A DNA stretch of 63,504 nt, counting the filler, from Reticulomyxa filosa (Eukaryota > Protista > Foraminifera): assembly GCA_000512085.1 (NCBI GenBank). It is 12 parts of 12 records of this genome, joined end to end, with 100 filler letters (N's around TTAATTAATTAA, not from the genome) between each part and the next. Parts side by side here need not be neighbours in the genome. Positions count along the whole stretch, not along the records: positions 1 to 6,990 come from ASPP01028531.1; positions 7,091 to 12,009 come from ASPP01005141.1; positions 12,110 to 16,997 come from ASPP01039587.1; 9 more parts are not named here. One strand, 5' to 3'. Below, piece after piece: positions 1 through 12,373 of the stretch (position 1 is the stretch's first letter; each line of letters starts with the position of its first letter). The translations under genes and the position numbers were made by a program. The notes under the pieces are model-generated. The model did no database searches and was not told the origin of the DNA. It worked only from the letters and a program-made list of their open reading frames with translations.

Positions 1-2676
1 ATTTTCTTTTTTTTAATAATATAGAATGTAGATTGTACTTTTATATTTAAATTTCTGTCCAATCTATTACATTAATTCTAATAATATTTGTCAACATATT
101 CATTTAATAATTTATTATGTATACTCCATCTTTTATCAGCACTTTTTACAATTTGTCTTTGCATAATTTTTTATATTCATTAATTAAGTTGTAGAATTAG
201 TATTGCTCTTTGTGCAATTAAAGTACCTTTATGAATTAGCATTGCAATGCATTTTCAAGGATCTTGCGCAAGTTATCATATTCATTGTTTCTGTGTCTTA
301 GCAGATTATATGTAAGTTGGTATATCTCGTTTTCGGTGCTTGTCGCTCTTGATGATAACAGGATCTCTCAAAAAAAAAGGGTTTTTGAGAAGTGAATAAA
401 AGATATAATCTCTTTTCAAAGAAAAAAAAATAAATTTGTTATCATATTGATGAAACATTTTGTATTTACTTCCAAAAAAAATTACAAAACAATAATAATA
501 TCTAATTACAAAAGAAGCATGTTCAAGGGGGTCTTGAAATTCCGTTAATTTGGTATAAAAAAGTTTTGTGTTGGGGCATACAGATAAAACATTGAGATAG
601 AGCAAATGCTGCAACAATTAGGACAAATAGTGGATAAACATTATAACACGCAAAACACCTCCAACCCGTATATCCCGTTTTCAAGGACCGTCAAGACTAC
701 TTTTGTCGGTTCAACAATAATTAACAATGACTACATACTTGAATTTCTAGAATGGTTATCAAAAGACAAAAACCACACAGGATGTAAAAGTCACGAATAG
801 TAACAAATTATGTGCCTACGACGACTGCAGCCGAAAAATACTAGCGGAGGCGAAACACTCAGTGCAATTATTTGTTTTTTTTGAAATGACGCTTGACATT
901 TTGGTTTCGAATAATGTACATTTTCATAGTAAGCTAAAGAAATTTGCATAATAAAAAAAAGGCATATTACAACATCTTTCCAAAATGGAAATACTTTAGC
1001 ATTCAGCTACAACCAATTTTGTGATGTAGAACAATGCTATACTAACAAGCTTGAATCGGAACGAGGGAGCAATCTTCACTGCTTTTACTTTCCTTGTTAG
1101 TGTGCTGTCTATCTTTTTATTATTTAAATAATTTCCTACAGTGACCTGTCCAATTTTTCTCAATGCAAAAAAAATTTTAATTTATAACTTTCCCTTTTTA
1201 GTTAGAAATTTTTTGCTTGATAAAAAAAATTTCGATTTCACTTTTGTTGATAATCAGCCGTGAAACAAAAAAAAAGGGTGCTATGATTATAAATTTTTTC
1301 TGTAGAAGAAAGACTTGTATTGCTTTGACAAATTTGATCTATTTTTGTATCTCTTTTTTGTACACTTGATTTACACTCGTCTTTCCAAAACAATGCTCTT
1401 TAAAAAAAGAAATGACATATTTGTGAAGACATAATGATAACATTTTGTTTTTTAAAAGGTATTGATAGTATTCCATTTTAACGCATTAAGATTTTGGGAT
1501 TTTATTGGTTAAAAATGTTTGATGTTGAATGCATTGGCTGAATTACTTTCCAAAAAACCTGAAAGGAATTGACTACTCTACTGTTGTCAGCCTTTTTTAT
1601 GTACTGTTAACGATCAAGTGTGCACCACGACTATATAAAATGACTATTTTGTAATGTCTTTTCTCTCTTTCGGCGTCTTTTTAGTGCATTAGAAGAACTT
1701 TTTTTTAATAAAGTATGAAATAAAACGCATGAAAAGATGTTTGCTTTGCAACACAAAGATATTTTTTTTTCATTAATATGAAAAACAATATAATAAATAA
1801 AATCATTGTAATTGTAATTATCGTTTCGTTATATGTATTCAATAAATTTTGAAGTAAACAATACATATTAATTTTTACATATTCAAAAAAAGAAATAAAA
1901 CTTTGTTAAATACAATCCCGGTGGCTAGACTTTAGGTACACAAGAGAACGACGAAAGGGAACAACTAAAACAAAAAAAGGAACATAAAATTTAATATACG
2001 AGTGCAATACCAATGTTACTACAAGATGGATCTGCTCGAGACAACATAAATAGCATTAATCTCGAAGTTAATGTTAGTGTCAAAGTTATAATCGTGCGTA
2101 CGTGTGCGTTTGCTGTCGTTTACTTAAGCCCCGTGGATAAATCGGAATCAAAGTTTCTTTGTGTAGACTCAGCACAAAATGTGTTAGAAGTATATGGCAA
2201 GGATGAAATTTTCAAAAGCAAGGAATGTAGAGATTGCGTGGAGTTATTGCAGTCAAGTCTTGAAAGCAAGAGATATGTTTGGTATCTGATCGACGCAGAA
2301 AATAGCAAGCAGGAAGTAGAACAGATATTTAAAGCTGAAGTATCTAGTGGAAAAGTATTTTGATTGTTTAATAAGAGCAATTTTTACTACTCTACAATTT
2401 GCGAACGCATGTGCCGAAATTGTGTTTTTTTATTTTTATTTTGGTAATAGAAAAGGAATTTAAGTTTAGAGCTATTCATAAATAGGAACAAAGCTGCCTT
2501 TTTTTTTTGAAAGGTGTTTCATTGTGTTTTTTTTTTGGATTTTGGACTTTTAGAATTGAATTTTTTATATTAAGAATTTTTTTTGGTGAAACCCTTTTTC
2601 AATCCAATAAATAAATAAATAAAAGACCAACGAAAAAAATTAAATACTGGACCATTTGAAACAAAAATAGTCAACA

Positions 2677-4526
2677 TCATTCCACCAAATACACTTCGAT
2701 TTCTTTTACTTCGAAATTGCTTGCGCCTGCCAATAACATATTGTCGCCACTTGAGCCATAGACTTGTTGCATGCATTGGTTCTTTTTACTTCTACAATTG
2801 TAAACTATAGTAATATCATATCCCGCATAACCTGAAATAACATAAACAAATACAAAATAATCAAATAAATATATCATTTGTCAAAATAATATAGACGCAT
2901 ACCAAAACTTGGCCCGTAATTACAGTAATTGCAGATGGCATAGTCGCTTTGATCCGGATCGACATTCCATTTTTGTGGCATGTGGTGTCTATTTCTCAGT
3001 GAATATACAAACGCTCCATCATCTCTGGCATATGCAATACATCTACTGGAATTCCACTCTGCGTTAGTAAAGCCACCAAACACATGGTTAAATTCGTCGA
3101 GTAAAATTATTAATGTTTTTCCTTTATTATCACATGCTTGGTGGAAATTCATTGCGTCAAACCCATCACGACTCCCACGATATAACAATATTAATTTGCT
3201 TTTATCCCCTTTTGGTAGAAATGACAATATTAATTTAGTTTCTTTATTTGTTAAAATGGTTGACATAAATTCATCTTCAATTGATGTATTAAATGTGATA
3301 TCATTTGAGAAATGAGTGAAACCAAGCCCTTGACCAAATGACAGTCTCATCCTTAACGTATATCTTGTATTCCATTCTAATAAATGTTCCTTTTCGTCAC
3401 CAACTTCAATTGTTGAATCAGATAATGTGTTTACAGGAATTTTTTTAAATATTTCCCATTGTCGAAGCTCTTTATCATTAAATCTTGTTACTTCTAATTC
3501 ATAAACAGATCTATCTTTCAATATGTTTTCAATATTTTCTGTCGAATAACTTAAAGATATTATTGGATTGGCATTAATTTTTGAACTTTCCTTTATTTTT
3601 ACATTGGTCAAAGTGATTTGCCCAGACTCCAAAATAATAATATATTGTTTGAGTAATTGCTCAGTCGTTTGAATGAGCTTTTCAACTTCTTTTTCGTTCG
3701 TAAATTGAACGTTCATATTCGTATCTATTTTTCTTTCATTGAAATCACCAAAATATAACGGATAATTATTATCATCTTGTAATAATTGCTGTAGTTGACT
3801 TTTTTTCTCATACATATCAGTATATGTATGAACGCATTTATTAATTTTGTCAATCCTGCTTTCTAACCCTTGTTTAATGGACTGGAACAGTAGCAATTTT
3901 TGCTCTAGTAGATTCATTTTTTCATTTTTATAATTTTCAATCTTTTGCAATAAATATTGTTGATTTTTTTCAACAGATAAAATAATGGATCGGCAAGTGT
4001 CTGTAATATTTTTTTTTGCAATGTTATAACTATTCTCCAAATCAACGACTTCTGATTGCAAGTTTTCAATCGTTGTCATGGTTTTCTTAATATCTTCATA
4101 TATCTTATCCATTTTACTATGATCATTTGAATTTAATATAATCACTTGCGAAATTGTTTTTGGTTCATTTTTTGCTTCGATGTCCTTATATACTTGCGAC
4201 TCCGGAATTTTTCGCAACGTCTTTAATAAATCCAACTTGCTGGTTATTTCGACACTTTTTGCTTTACATAAATCGCTATTTTTTTTTGTAGTTATGAATG
4301 TATAAAATAAATGAAAAAACACATTGAATAACTTAATATCATGCTCACTCATTTCCATAAGATCGCTTAAAGTAATGCCAACTTTTGTAAATATTTTTAT
4401 AGTTGCATCGGCATTTCGAATATTATGCTTGCTGAGAAACGTTTTAATCTTTGTAGCTTCGTCTTTAATTTTGCCTCTAGGTGTTCTCATTAAAATCTCT
4501 TTCAAGCTTTTTTCTCTTGTGTTCAT
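2677..4526 (-). CDS. TLDc-domain protein (SAM-like N-terminus, coiled coil, FN3-like domain, C-terminal TLDc); spliced
   Basis: ORF 2874..4526 has TLDc motifs LLYRGSRDGF, FHQACDNKGKTL, VFGGFT and GPSFG. After a GT..AG intron a last exon (~2677-2831) encodes GYAGYDI...LLAGASNFEVKEIEVY*. A short in-frame intron at ~4277-4333 reads through in the ORF track. Confidence 0.85.
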
Positions 4527-5689
4527 GGAATGCTTGTTGATTTTTTTAATTAAAAAAAGTTCAGTTTTGGTGAGCTTTGGACTACCTTGTGAATGTTTCT
4601 TTTTTTAAAAATTCAACAAAAAAGTATTGATCATTAAAGATTTAAGATTCTTAACATCTTTGTTTGCTTTTTTGCAAATAATTTAGCCGTTGAACGTAAA
4701 AGATAACTTATAAGAAAATCATTGCATTATTTATTAATTATTAGCTTTTGAAATTTGTGTTTATTTAGTATTTGAAAAAGATTTTAAGACTTGTGTTCAA
4801 CGTTTATTAATAATTATGTTTATATTTTCAAACTTAACAAGTATAACGTTGTCAACTTTTTTTTCATTTTAGAAAGGGACTTTTTGCGGACGTTGAGATT
4901 GTGCCTCCCATTTTTTTTCAACATTGATAATCCAACTTGAAAGTTCTTTTTCCGAAAAATAGAACTCGGATTAATATGATTGATTCTTTTTTTTTTCATA
5001 TTTTCTTTTATTGTTTGGTTATATTCTTCATTCTTCAAATGTTTGATCATAAATAAATCCAACATTACATATAATGTAATCAAGTATATATCCTGTTTGT
5101 CTATGGATATCATTCTTTGCTTTATTTAATATCGTTAATATTTTATTATTTAATTTTTAGGAATCAAATCTATCAAATAATCATCTACTTCGTACAAGAG
5201 CACTTAAAAAGCTAGTACTTGATTCCAATAAACTTGCATATTTGGATAATTAAGAAGATATAATGAAATAACGTATTTTCGTTGATATTAATGGGATTTC
5301 TAAATTATTTTGAGATGTTCAAAGTCATTGAATAAGATTTAGTAGCTCTTTTTATATTAAATAAAATTTTTCTCGAATAATTTAAAATAAGTTAAGCATT
5401 TGAAATTTCGAAAGTGCCAGTCTTTGAAATTATATGTTTTTTTCATAATATTTTTTTTTCTTTGTTGACAAAAGATGTGTTTTCCTGATGAAAAGATATA
5501 ATATTTTTTGGATGGAGATAATCTATTTATATTTTTTAGTAATCATTTATTATAAAAAATGTAAATAAGAACAAAAAAACATGTGCATAGTTCATAAAAG
5601 AAAATAGTTAATTTTCCTCTTTTTTAAATATAACTTTTTAGACACAAAAACTAGATATTTATTGAAGCAAAAACAGGAGAATAAGAAAA

Positions 5690-6060
5690 GAAAATCAAAA
5701 AGACAATCTGTTCCCCTCAAATCAATCACTGAGACAATCCACAAGTCATTCGATTGCAATTCAGACTTATGGAAATTTAAATATAACAAATTCAGATTGG
5801 TGCAATAAATGGAGATGTTAATGTATCACATTCAAAAAAGAAATTTCCAAAGATGAAATTGACATTGCAGCAATTAAACCTGAAGGAATGTGGACCATAT
5901 CTTGGATTCCCATATGACGCATTCCAAGCATAATTACGTATATGGCAAGGCAGCGAGGAAACTTAGACATTTGACTTATGCTGTCAGATAATTTATTATA
6001 CAATCCAAGTCTCGAGCAAGTATTTTGGAATGGAGTTAATGTTATTTCACCAAGCACCTC
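5690..6060 (+). mobile_element. Decayed non-LTR retrotransposon (LINE) reverse transcriptase/thumb fragment, copy 1
   Basis: Frameshifted translation gives DWCNKWR (RT WxxxW motif), LDSHMTHSKHNYVYGKAARKLRHLT and NLLYNPSLEQVFWNG, resembling the LINE thumb motif PxLEYxxxxW. Stops and deletions are present. Confidence 0.65.
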
Positions 6061-6477
6061 ACTCACACGGAATACAGTACTAAAATTAAAATATCTTACA
6101 AAGCAATCAATAAATACAACATTATGCATATTTACCAAAAACTTTAAAACGCACCGAATGAAAATTATAAAATAAACATTTATTCAAAACACATCAATAG
6201 AATTTACTTTATTGACGATACTCTTCAGTTTGAGGCGTCCTAAAAGACAATTAATTCATAGATGGGTTGCAGTGAGGGCGTGTCAAGCGTCGGACTACTC
6301 TCTCGCTTCATCCCCAACTTCTTTTTGCCCTCACAAACTCTTATAACACAAAAATAATTAAAGAAAATCAATTTAGATTGTCCTGAAAAACTCAAATATT
6401 TCTCGATTACGAACTTCGGTGCTCGATCCCCAATGATGAGATATTTCATCGACAGGGACAATATCGGAAGCAATGTC

Positions 6478-6805
6478 TGGACATTTGTCCAGCATGTCAA
6501 TTATGTTTATGGAAAGGTAGCGAGAAAACTTGGTTATTTGACATACTTATCTCATACAGACCGAGTTTATCCACATATAATTTATTACACAAGACCGTCC
6601 AAGTCTTGAGTATGCTTCGGCATTTTGGAATGGTGCACCAGCTGCTTATGACACAGTCAATGTTATTTCCCAACAACAAGAGGTAAATTTGTATCAGAAG
6701 TGTGATCATAATCTTGTATTGGCACACAAGATTTGGAATGAATCAAGACCAAAGACATTTTTGGATTATATCTCATGGATTGGTAAATTGTCGACATTAT
6801 CCAGT
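6478..6805 (+). mobile_element. Decayed LINE reverse transcriptase C-terminal fragment, copy 2
   Basis: Translation across frameshifts: TFVQHVNYVYGKVARKLGYLT / RPSLSTYNLLHKTV / PSLEYASAFWNGA..AYDTVNVISQQQEVNLYQKC. Clearly homologous to copy 1. Confidence 0.75.
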
Positions 6806-6857
6806 GGCTGGAACCTGAATCACATGCAATCCCAAATGTACCACCAATGCAAATTGC

Positions 6858-6915
6858 TTTTTTTTTTTTTAGCAGAATGAGATTTTATCCACCTCGTCCC
6901 AAAAGGAACACAGTA
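6858..6915 (-). repeat. Degenerate minus-strand copy of the retroposon 3' end (stem-loop plus poly(A)) seen at 14253-14315
   Basis: T13-agcagaatg...acctcgtcccaaaaggaacacag resembles the reverse complement of ctatgtccctttggggcgaggt...cattcttct-An. Confidence 0.55.
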
Positions 6916-6990
6916 CTCTAATAAAAACAAACAAAAAAATGGAAAAGATCAACAAAATATATCAAAAACTCACACAATAAAAAAAAAAAA

Positions 6991-7090
6991 NNNNNNNNNN
7001 NNNNNNNNNNNNNNNNNNNNNNNNNNNNNNNNNNTTAATTAATTAANNNNNNNNNNNNNNNNNNNNNNNNNNNNNNNNNNNNNNNNNNNN
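6991..7090. other. Artificial assembly spacer N44-TTAATTAATTAA-N44 (first of 11)
   Basis: Identical 100-bp spacers at 6991, 12010, 16998, 22467, 26712, 29127, 34476, 38063, 43390, 57757 and 61633. The core gives stop codons in all six frames. Confidence 0.97.
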
Positions 7091-7094
7091 AAAA

Positions 7095-8639
7095 TCATTC
7101 AAAACCTGGGCGTGTAATAGTGACCAACTGTACATTACTGTAGGGCGTGAATGAGATACGATTCGTGAAGCACCCGCGCATTCGAAATAGGTATTGATCG
7201 GAAATCCGAAACGAGTCGTGTTTGATGACCGCGGTATTGCTTTTGTTTTCGTGACAGAGGATATCCGCAACCTTGGCCCAGCCAGTCACTGCAGCGGTAA
7301 TCGCACTAACACTAGCACTAGCACTAGCACTAGCACTGCCAATACTAATGCTACTGCTGCTGCTGGCATTGGTATTCTCAATATCATTGGATTTCTTTTC
7401 GTCGATTTCATTGTCTTTTTTTTTTTTTTTCGACACCGACTTCATTTCCACTTCCAACACGCATTTGCCCTTCCAAATATCGTGAATGTCATCCGTCCAT
7501 TGCAAGCACACACAAGGCATGGGATTGTTACCTTTGCTATATTTTACCGTGGTTTTGTTTAATTTCACCGAGTTGTTTTCCAATATCACAATGCCTTCAG
7601 GAAGTAGCTATATACATATATATATGTATATGTATATAATGTATATATACATTATGTATACGTATACATATACAGATATCAATTGTTTGAATAAAATATC
7701 CCAAAACTCAACTTGTAACAAGGCTTCAAAGTCAGTGTTAACGTGGATAGATGTGCTGACAGCTAATGTGTCATCCCATTTCATTTGGTCAATCAAAGGG
7801 TCCTCGAGCAGCTTGGAAATGTAACCTTTTCGCTGCTTTGCTTCCAATTTGGGATTGGTCATACACTCGGTCAAAGCATCACTCAATGATTTGACCTTTT
7901 GTTGCAAAAACTGCAATTGGCTCAATTGCTTGGAAAGTATTTCTTTTTTGTCGTTTTTATACAAATCTATTTTTAACAACAAATCTTTTTCATAGCTTCG
8001 AATGTTGTTCACCAAGTCATCAAATGCTTTCTCAACTTTTTGTTTGCAACCATTGGAATTCTCTTCCAATCCCGCCATTGCTGTTTCCAATTTATTCACG
8101 CTCATTGATATATGCTTATATTTTTCTTGCAATCGATTCATTTTCTCTTGATCCTTCTCCACCACCACCACCACATATGTCTTGTTCCAATCTCGATAGA
8201 CGCATGACTCTGGAACATTACGAAGAGCTTTTATCAGATCTGCTCTTTGCAATGCCCCTATTCCTGCTTCTTTGCATATGTCTCTATTGATACATGTGTA
8301 TTGTATGCGTGTGCATCAAAGAAGGTACTTTTTTTTTTTTTTTCCCTCCCCCCCCCCCCACTCGGATTTTCGCATCTCCTTCAAAACATTCATTCAATTC
8401 TTTTTTTTTAAATATATCATATACATTTGTATATGTATTATGATATATTTGTCCTTCTCCTTCTTTTTCTTCTTCTCAAACAAACTTAACTCCAAGTCTT
8501 TTTCACGGTACTCGAGCAAGTCCGAAAGACCCACTCCAAGCTTTGACACAATCAACGTAGGATTTTTCACATTATGTTTTTGGAGAAATGTTGTCAACTC
8601 TTCTTCTTCATTCTGCTCAGACTTATCTTTTTCCGTCAT
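7095..8639 (-). CDS. Paralog of the 2677-4526 gene (SAM-like, coiled coil, FN3-like); spliced, 3' end possibly lost in the gap
   Basis: FLQKHNVKN..LGVGLSDLLEYREKDLE matches FLSKHNIRN..VGITLSDLMEMSEHDIK. DLIKALRNVPESCVY matches DLLKTLRKIPESQVY. YLFRMR..FTPYSN matches YTLRMR..FTHFSN. Exons correspond to ORFs 8394..8639, 7608..8252 and 7095..7589. Confidence 0.75.
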
Positions 8640-8875
8640 TTCCGATTATTTTTATTAGCGTGCCCTTTTTTTTTAGTTGAAAAACGTTGGCCCCAAACTT
8701 GCTGGCTTTGATGTAAACATTGAACACTTTAACTGCGTTTCTGGTTGTTTTTTTGAGAAAAAGTTGGCAATCCGGTAAAACATTTTCAAAAAATGCTTCA
8801 AATAAATCTTTTACATTAACCTTTAAAAAATAAAAAGAAAAAAACTTTGTTGAAAAGACGAAAACTCTATCGAAA

Positions 8876-8995
8876 AAATTATTTAAAATTTTGAAACAGT
8901 TAGGAAAGATGAATAAAAAACCAAAATCATATTCAAAAACTACACAATTCGTAGATATTTTTAAAAATTAGGTGTCGTTTCTTCGTGAAGAAAAT
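8876..8995. repeat. Dispersed ~120-bp AT-rich repeat (also at 15412-15533, weaker at ~16473-16555)
   Basis: Shared core aaaaactacacaatt(c/t)gtagatatttt..aaaaattaggt, with similar flanks in the same orientation. Confidence 0.7.
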
Positions 8996-9388
8996 ACAAG
9001 GAGATCTCAAATTTGAAAATTTGTTTTAGTTAAAAACATTATTCGCTTTATTTAAAAAATTTTCAAAAAATGTAGATCTTTTAAGAATAAAATTGCAAAT
9101 ACAGTAGAATGCAAAAGAAAGTTGATACTTAAAAAGGTACCTTATAGAGATTATTGTCAAAGATATTACTTTCTTCAATTCTTTTTTACAAAAAAAAACT
9201 AAAAGAAACAACTCAGAGTCTATCATGGGATAAATTGTATTTGAAACAATAACATTAATTCTTGTGCTTTATGTGCAGTATGTTTTTTTTTCCCCAAGAC
9301 AATAACAAGGAAGTAAATTTGTAATCCACAAAAACAGGCTCTATTATTTGAGTAAAATGCAATATATTACTTTTGTAAAAATAAAAAG

Positions 9389-10825
9389 CTACCAATAATC
9401 ATCATCTGTATCACTATTCTCATAATCTGTTGGTACCTCTGATAAAATATCGAGATAATCTTTTTCTAAAAATTTCAAATTTTGACGAGCTTCAAGAAAT
9501 TCTGTTTCTTCCATTTTCTCTCTAATATACCAATGAACAAAAGCTCGTTGTGAATATAGATAATCAAATTTCTCTACAATCCTTTTGGTGAACATTCGAG
9601 GAATAGCAGTATTATTGGCAATCATAACAGTACTCTTGGTCCATGCACCAATATCATCTACTTCCAAACTAGCAGCAGGGATTTCATGCAAATTAAGTCT
9701 AATTGGACACCAGTCTATCAAAGAAATTTTGTTATTTGTTTTAAGCCAGACATATCCAGCATTTGCTTCTTTGGATTTGATATCTCCACGAAAATTAAGG
9801 GTTAAGGCCATATATTTGTCTTCTATTGGGTCAAAATCAGTATATTGGACAAGCCAATTGGATGGTTTAAAACACTGATCGACAATGTCTTGCAAAGTAT
9901 ATGAGGTGCTGGATACATGTGTTTTGGGTACGATTGGACTCATTCCCGTAGTCAAAAAAGGTATTCGTGGAAAAGGAACCAAGGCGCTCGACAATTCATT
10001 CCAACTAACACTCAATTCTGTTTTAAATCGAATATAAGCAGTCATTGAAGATATCACTTTTGAAATCAAACGGTTCAAGTTATTTACATCAGGTTTTGTA
10101 ATAAGCAGCTTGTTTTGACAGATATCATAAATAGCTTCATTATCTAATACTAATGATACATCCACACGATCTACTAAGCAATGTGTTGCCAACAATGCAT
10201 TGTAAGGCTCAATCACACAAGTGGACAATGTCGATGATGGATATATATCAAATCCTATTTTTGATTTTTTCCTATAATCCATTACAAGACGCTCTAAGAT
10301 CAATGACCCCAAACCAGATCCTGTCCCTCCTCCAATGCTATGAACAATCATAAATCCCATTAAAGAATCAACATTTTCTATTATCTTTCGTATCTTGTCA
10401 TTTACTTTGTCCATCATTTGCCTTCCAATTGAATAAAATCCTCGTGCAAAGTTATTTGCAGCATCTTCTTTTCCAGACAATAAAAACTCACGAGAAAATA
10501 ATGCTGCAAGTGGTCCATTTATCACATTGTCAATTACACTGGGTTCTAAATCTATTCTTTTTTTTTTTTTTTATTGATTAATTGTGCAAACAGAACACCT
10601 CTGGATTGTATCAAAAACCTCAATTTTTTAAACTGCCAGATTTCGTGGTACAAAATGATCACTACTGGTTTCCTCAAAGAATGTTGTAAGTGGATCATCT
10701 CTTGACCTCTCATCTTTTCTTTTGCCTGTGTTGTCAACGTCATGTTCTGCGCAATATTGCTCCCATATTGCATTCCCAAGTTGAATGCCTGCTTGACCAA
10801 TTTCTATTGTTAGTATTTCTCGCAT
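9389..10825 (-). CDS. Divergent alpha-tubulin (foraminiferal alpha-2 type), one intron
   Basis: MREI..GQAGIQLGNAIWEQYCAEH, PRNLA/DLEP, GKEDAANNFARG, signature GGGTGSG, RAFVHWY, and an alpha-type end EARQNLKFLEKDY with an acidic tail. Confidence 0.9.
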
Positions 10826-12109
10826 TTTCTCTTAAAATAAACAAAAACAAGAATGTCTGGTAGAATTGACGTAAGTTTTTTTTCTACTTATGGCTAAAGA
10901 GATTATTATTAAAATTCAAACCGAAATTCTTTAATTATAGTGGTGGTAAAAAAAGATCCTAAATGAATCGTTTAAACATTCATAAGTTTATTTATGAAAA
11001 ACCAATATTTTTTCAAAGTTGTTTTTTGCATGATATCTATACACCCCGAAAATCCAAAAAATGCATTCAATGTTTAATAAAAGTGTAGAAAACTATGGAA
11101 AATTGTTGATGTCTCTATCAATTAAATTTCAATAAATATTATTAATCTTTACTTTTGAAAGAAGACTTGTGTTTCTGCACGAGCCAGCCGTCCAGAGAAA
11201 AAAAATAATATCTCAAAAAGAGAAAGAATATTCTCCATTATATTAACAAATTTTTTTTTCTTGAAGTTCTACATAAGTAAACTAGTTTTGTTATTGAAGA
11301 TAACAACGATATAGTGTTTTTTTTAATAGTCAAATTTGAGTTCAACTTTTGTCACTCCAACGGTGTGAAATTAAAAAAAGTCTTGTATTGAATTATGCAA
11401 TAGTTTCTTTTTTTCCATAAGAAAATTGAACGTCTTTCACACAATTCTAATAAGAGGAAAAAGTTTCAATGGTATAATGCGTATCATCAATATAAAAGTC
11501 ATATATGCAGTTGTGATAAAAAAGATGAAGAAAGAATGGCAGATTATTGGACACAAGACTGGTGAATTTAAGAACAAAGGCGAATTTACCGTTGCAAATA
11601 TCGAACAGAGTTATTTGATCCGATCAATGGGCGATCTTACAACGAGAAAGAAGATTGTAAGAAAGAGATAAAAAAAAAAGACAAATACAGCAAATTACAG
11701 AACAATACAAACAAGACAGAAAAAAAGAATATGAACGAATGTAGCAACTTTTTTTTTTTGAACAATTGAAAGGGGGAAAAAAAAAGAAATAAGAGCCAAC
11801 CAACCAAATTATTTTCCATCAGCACAAACAACAAAGTGTTTTGCTTTTTTCGTGTCCTTGCACTTCTCCCTCTCTCTTTCTCTCTCTCCTCCTTGCAACC
11901 CCCCCCCCCCCCCCGTCTCACTGTCTTTATTTATTAATTTTTATTTTTTTTTTTTTTCCCTCTTTTCTCTCTGTCTCTCTTTCTCTCTTATCTCTCATGA
12001 CCCTAATCANNNNNNNNNNNNNNNNNNNNNNNNNNNNNNNNNNNNNNNNNNNNTTAATTAATTAANNNNNNNNNNNNNNNNNNNNNNNNNNNNNNNNNNN
12101 NNNNNNNNN

Positions 12110-12373
12110 TTCTTCTTGTAATTGCACTTGTGATTGTGACTGTGATTGTTCCATTCCTTCCGACTTCTCTTGCGGAAGGGTCCACACCATGTCGCTCACG
12201 TCCCGGACTGAAACACATAGCACGATCAGGCAACACACTGCAACCACCAAACCTCCACACAACAGCTTCCTACTCTTCCAATGTTGCTGATCTTCTAGCT
12301 CTATTTGTGACGACTTTGGCTTTGCGGGGGACGACATTAGCGCGCCTTCTTGCTTGTATTGTCCCAATTCCAC
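12110..12373 (-). CDS. 5' part of a hypothetical type II membrane protein, truncated by the gap
   Basis: Basic residues followed by a hydrophobic segment LLCGGLVVAVCCLIVLCVSV, then a QS/E-rich stem running into the spacer. Confidence 0.4.
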
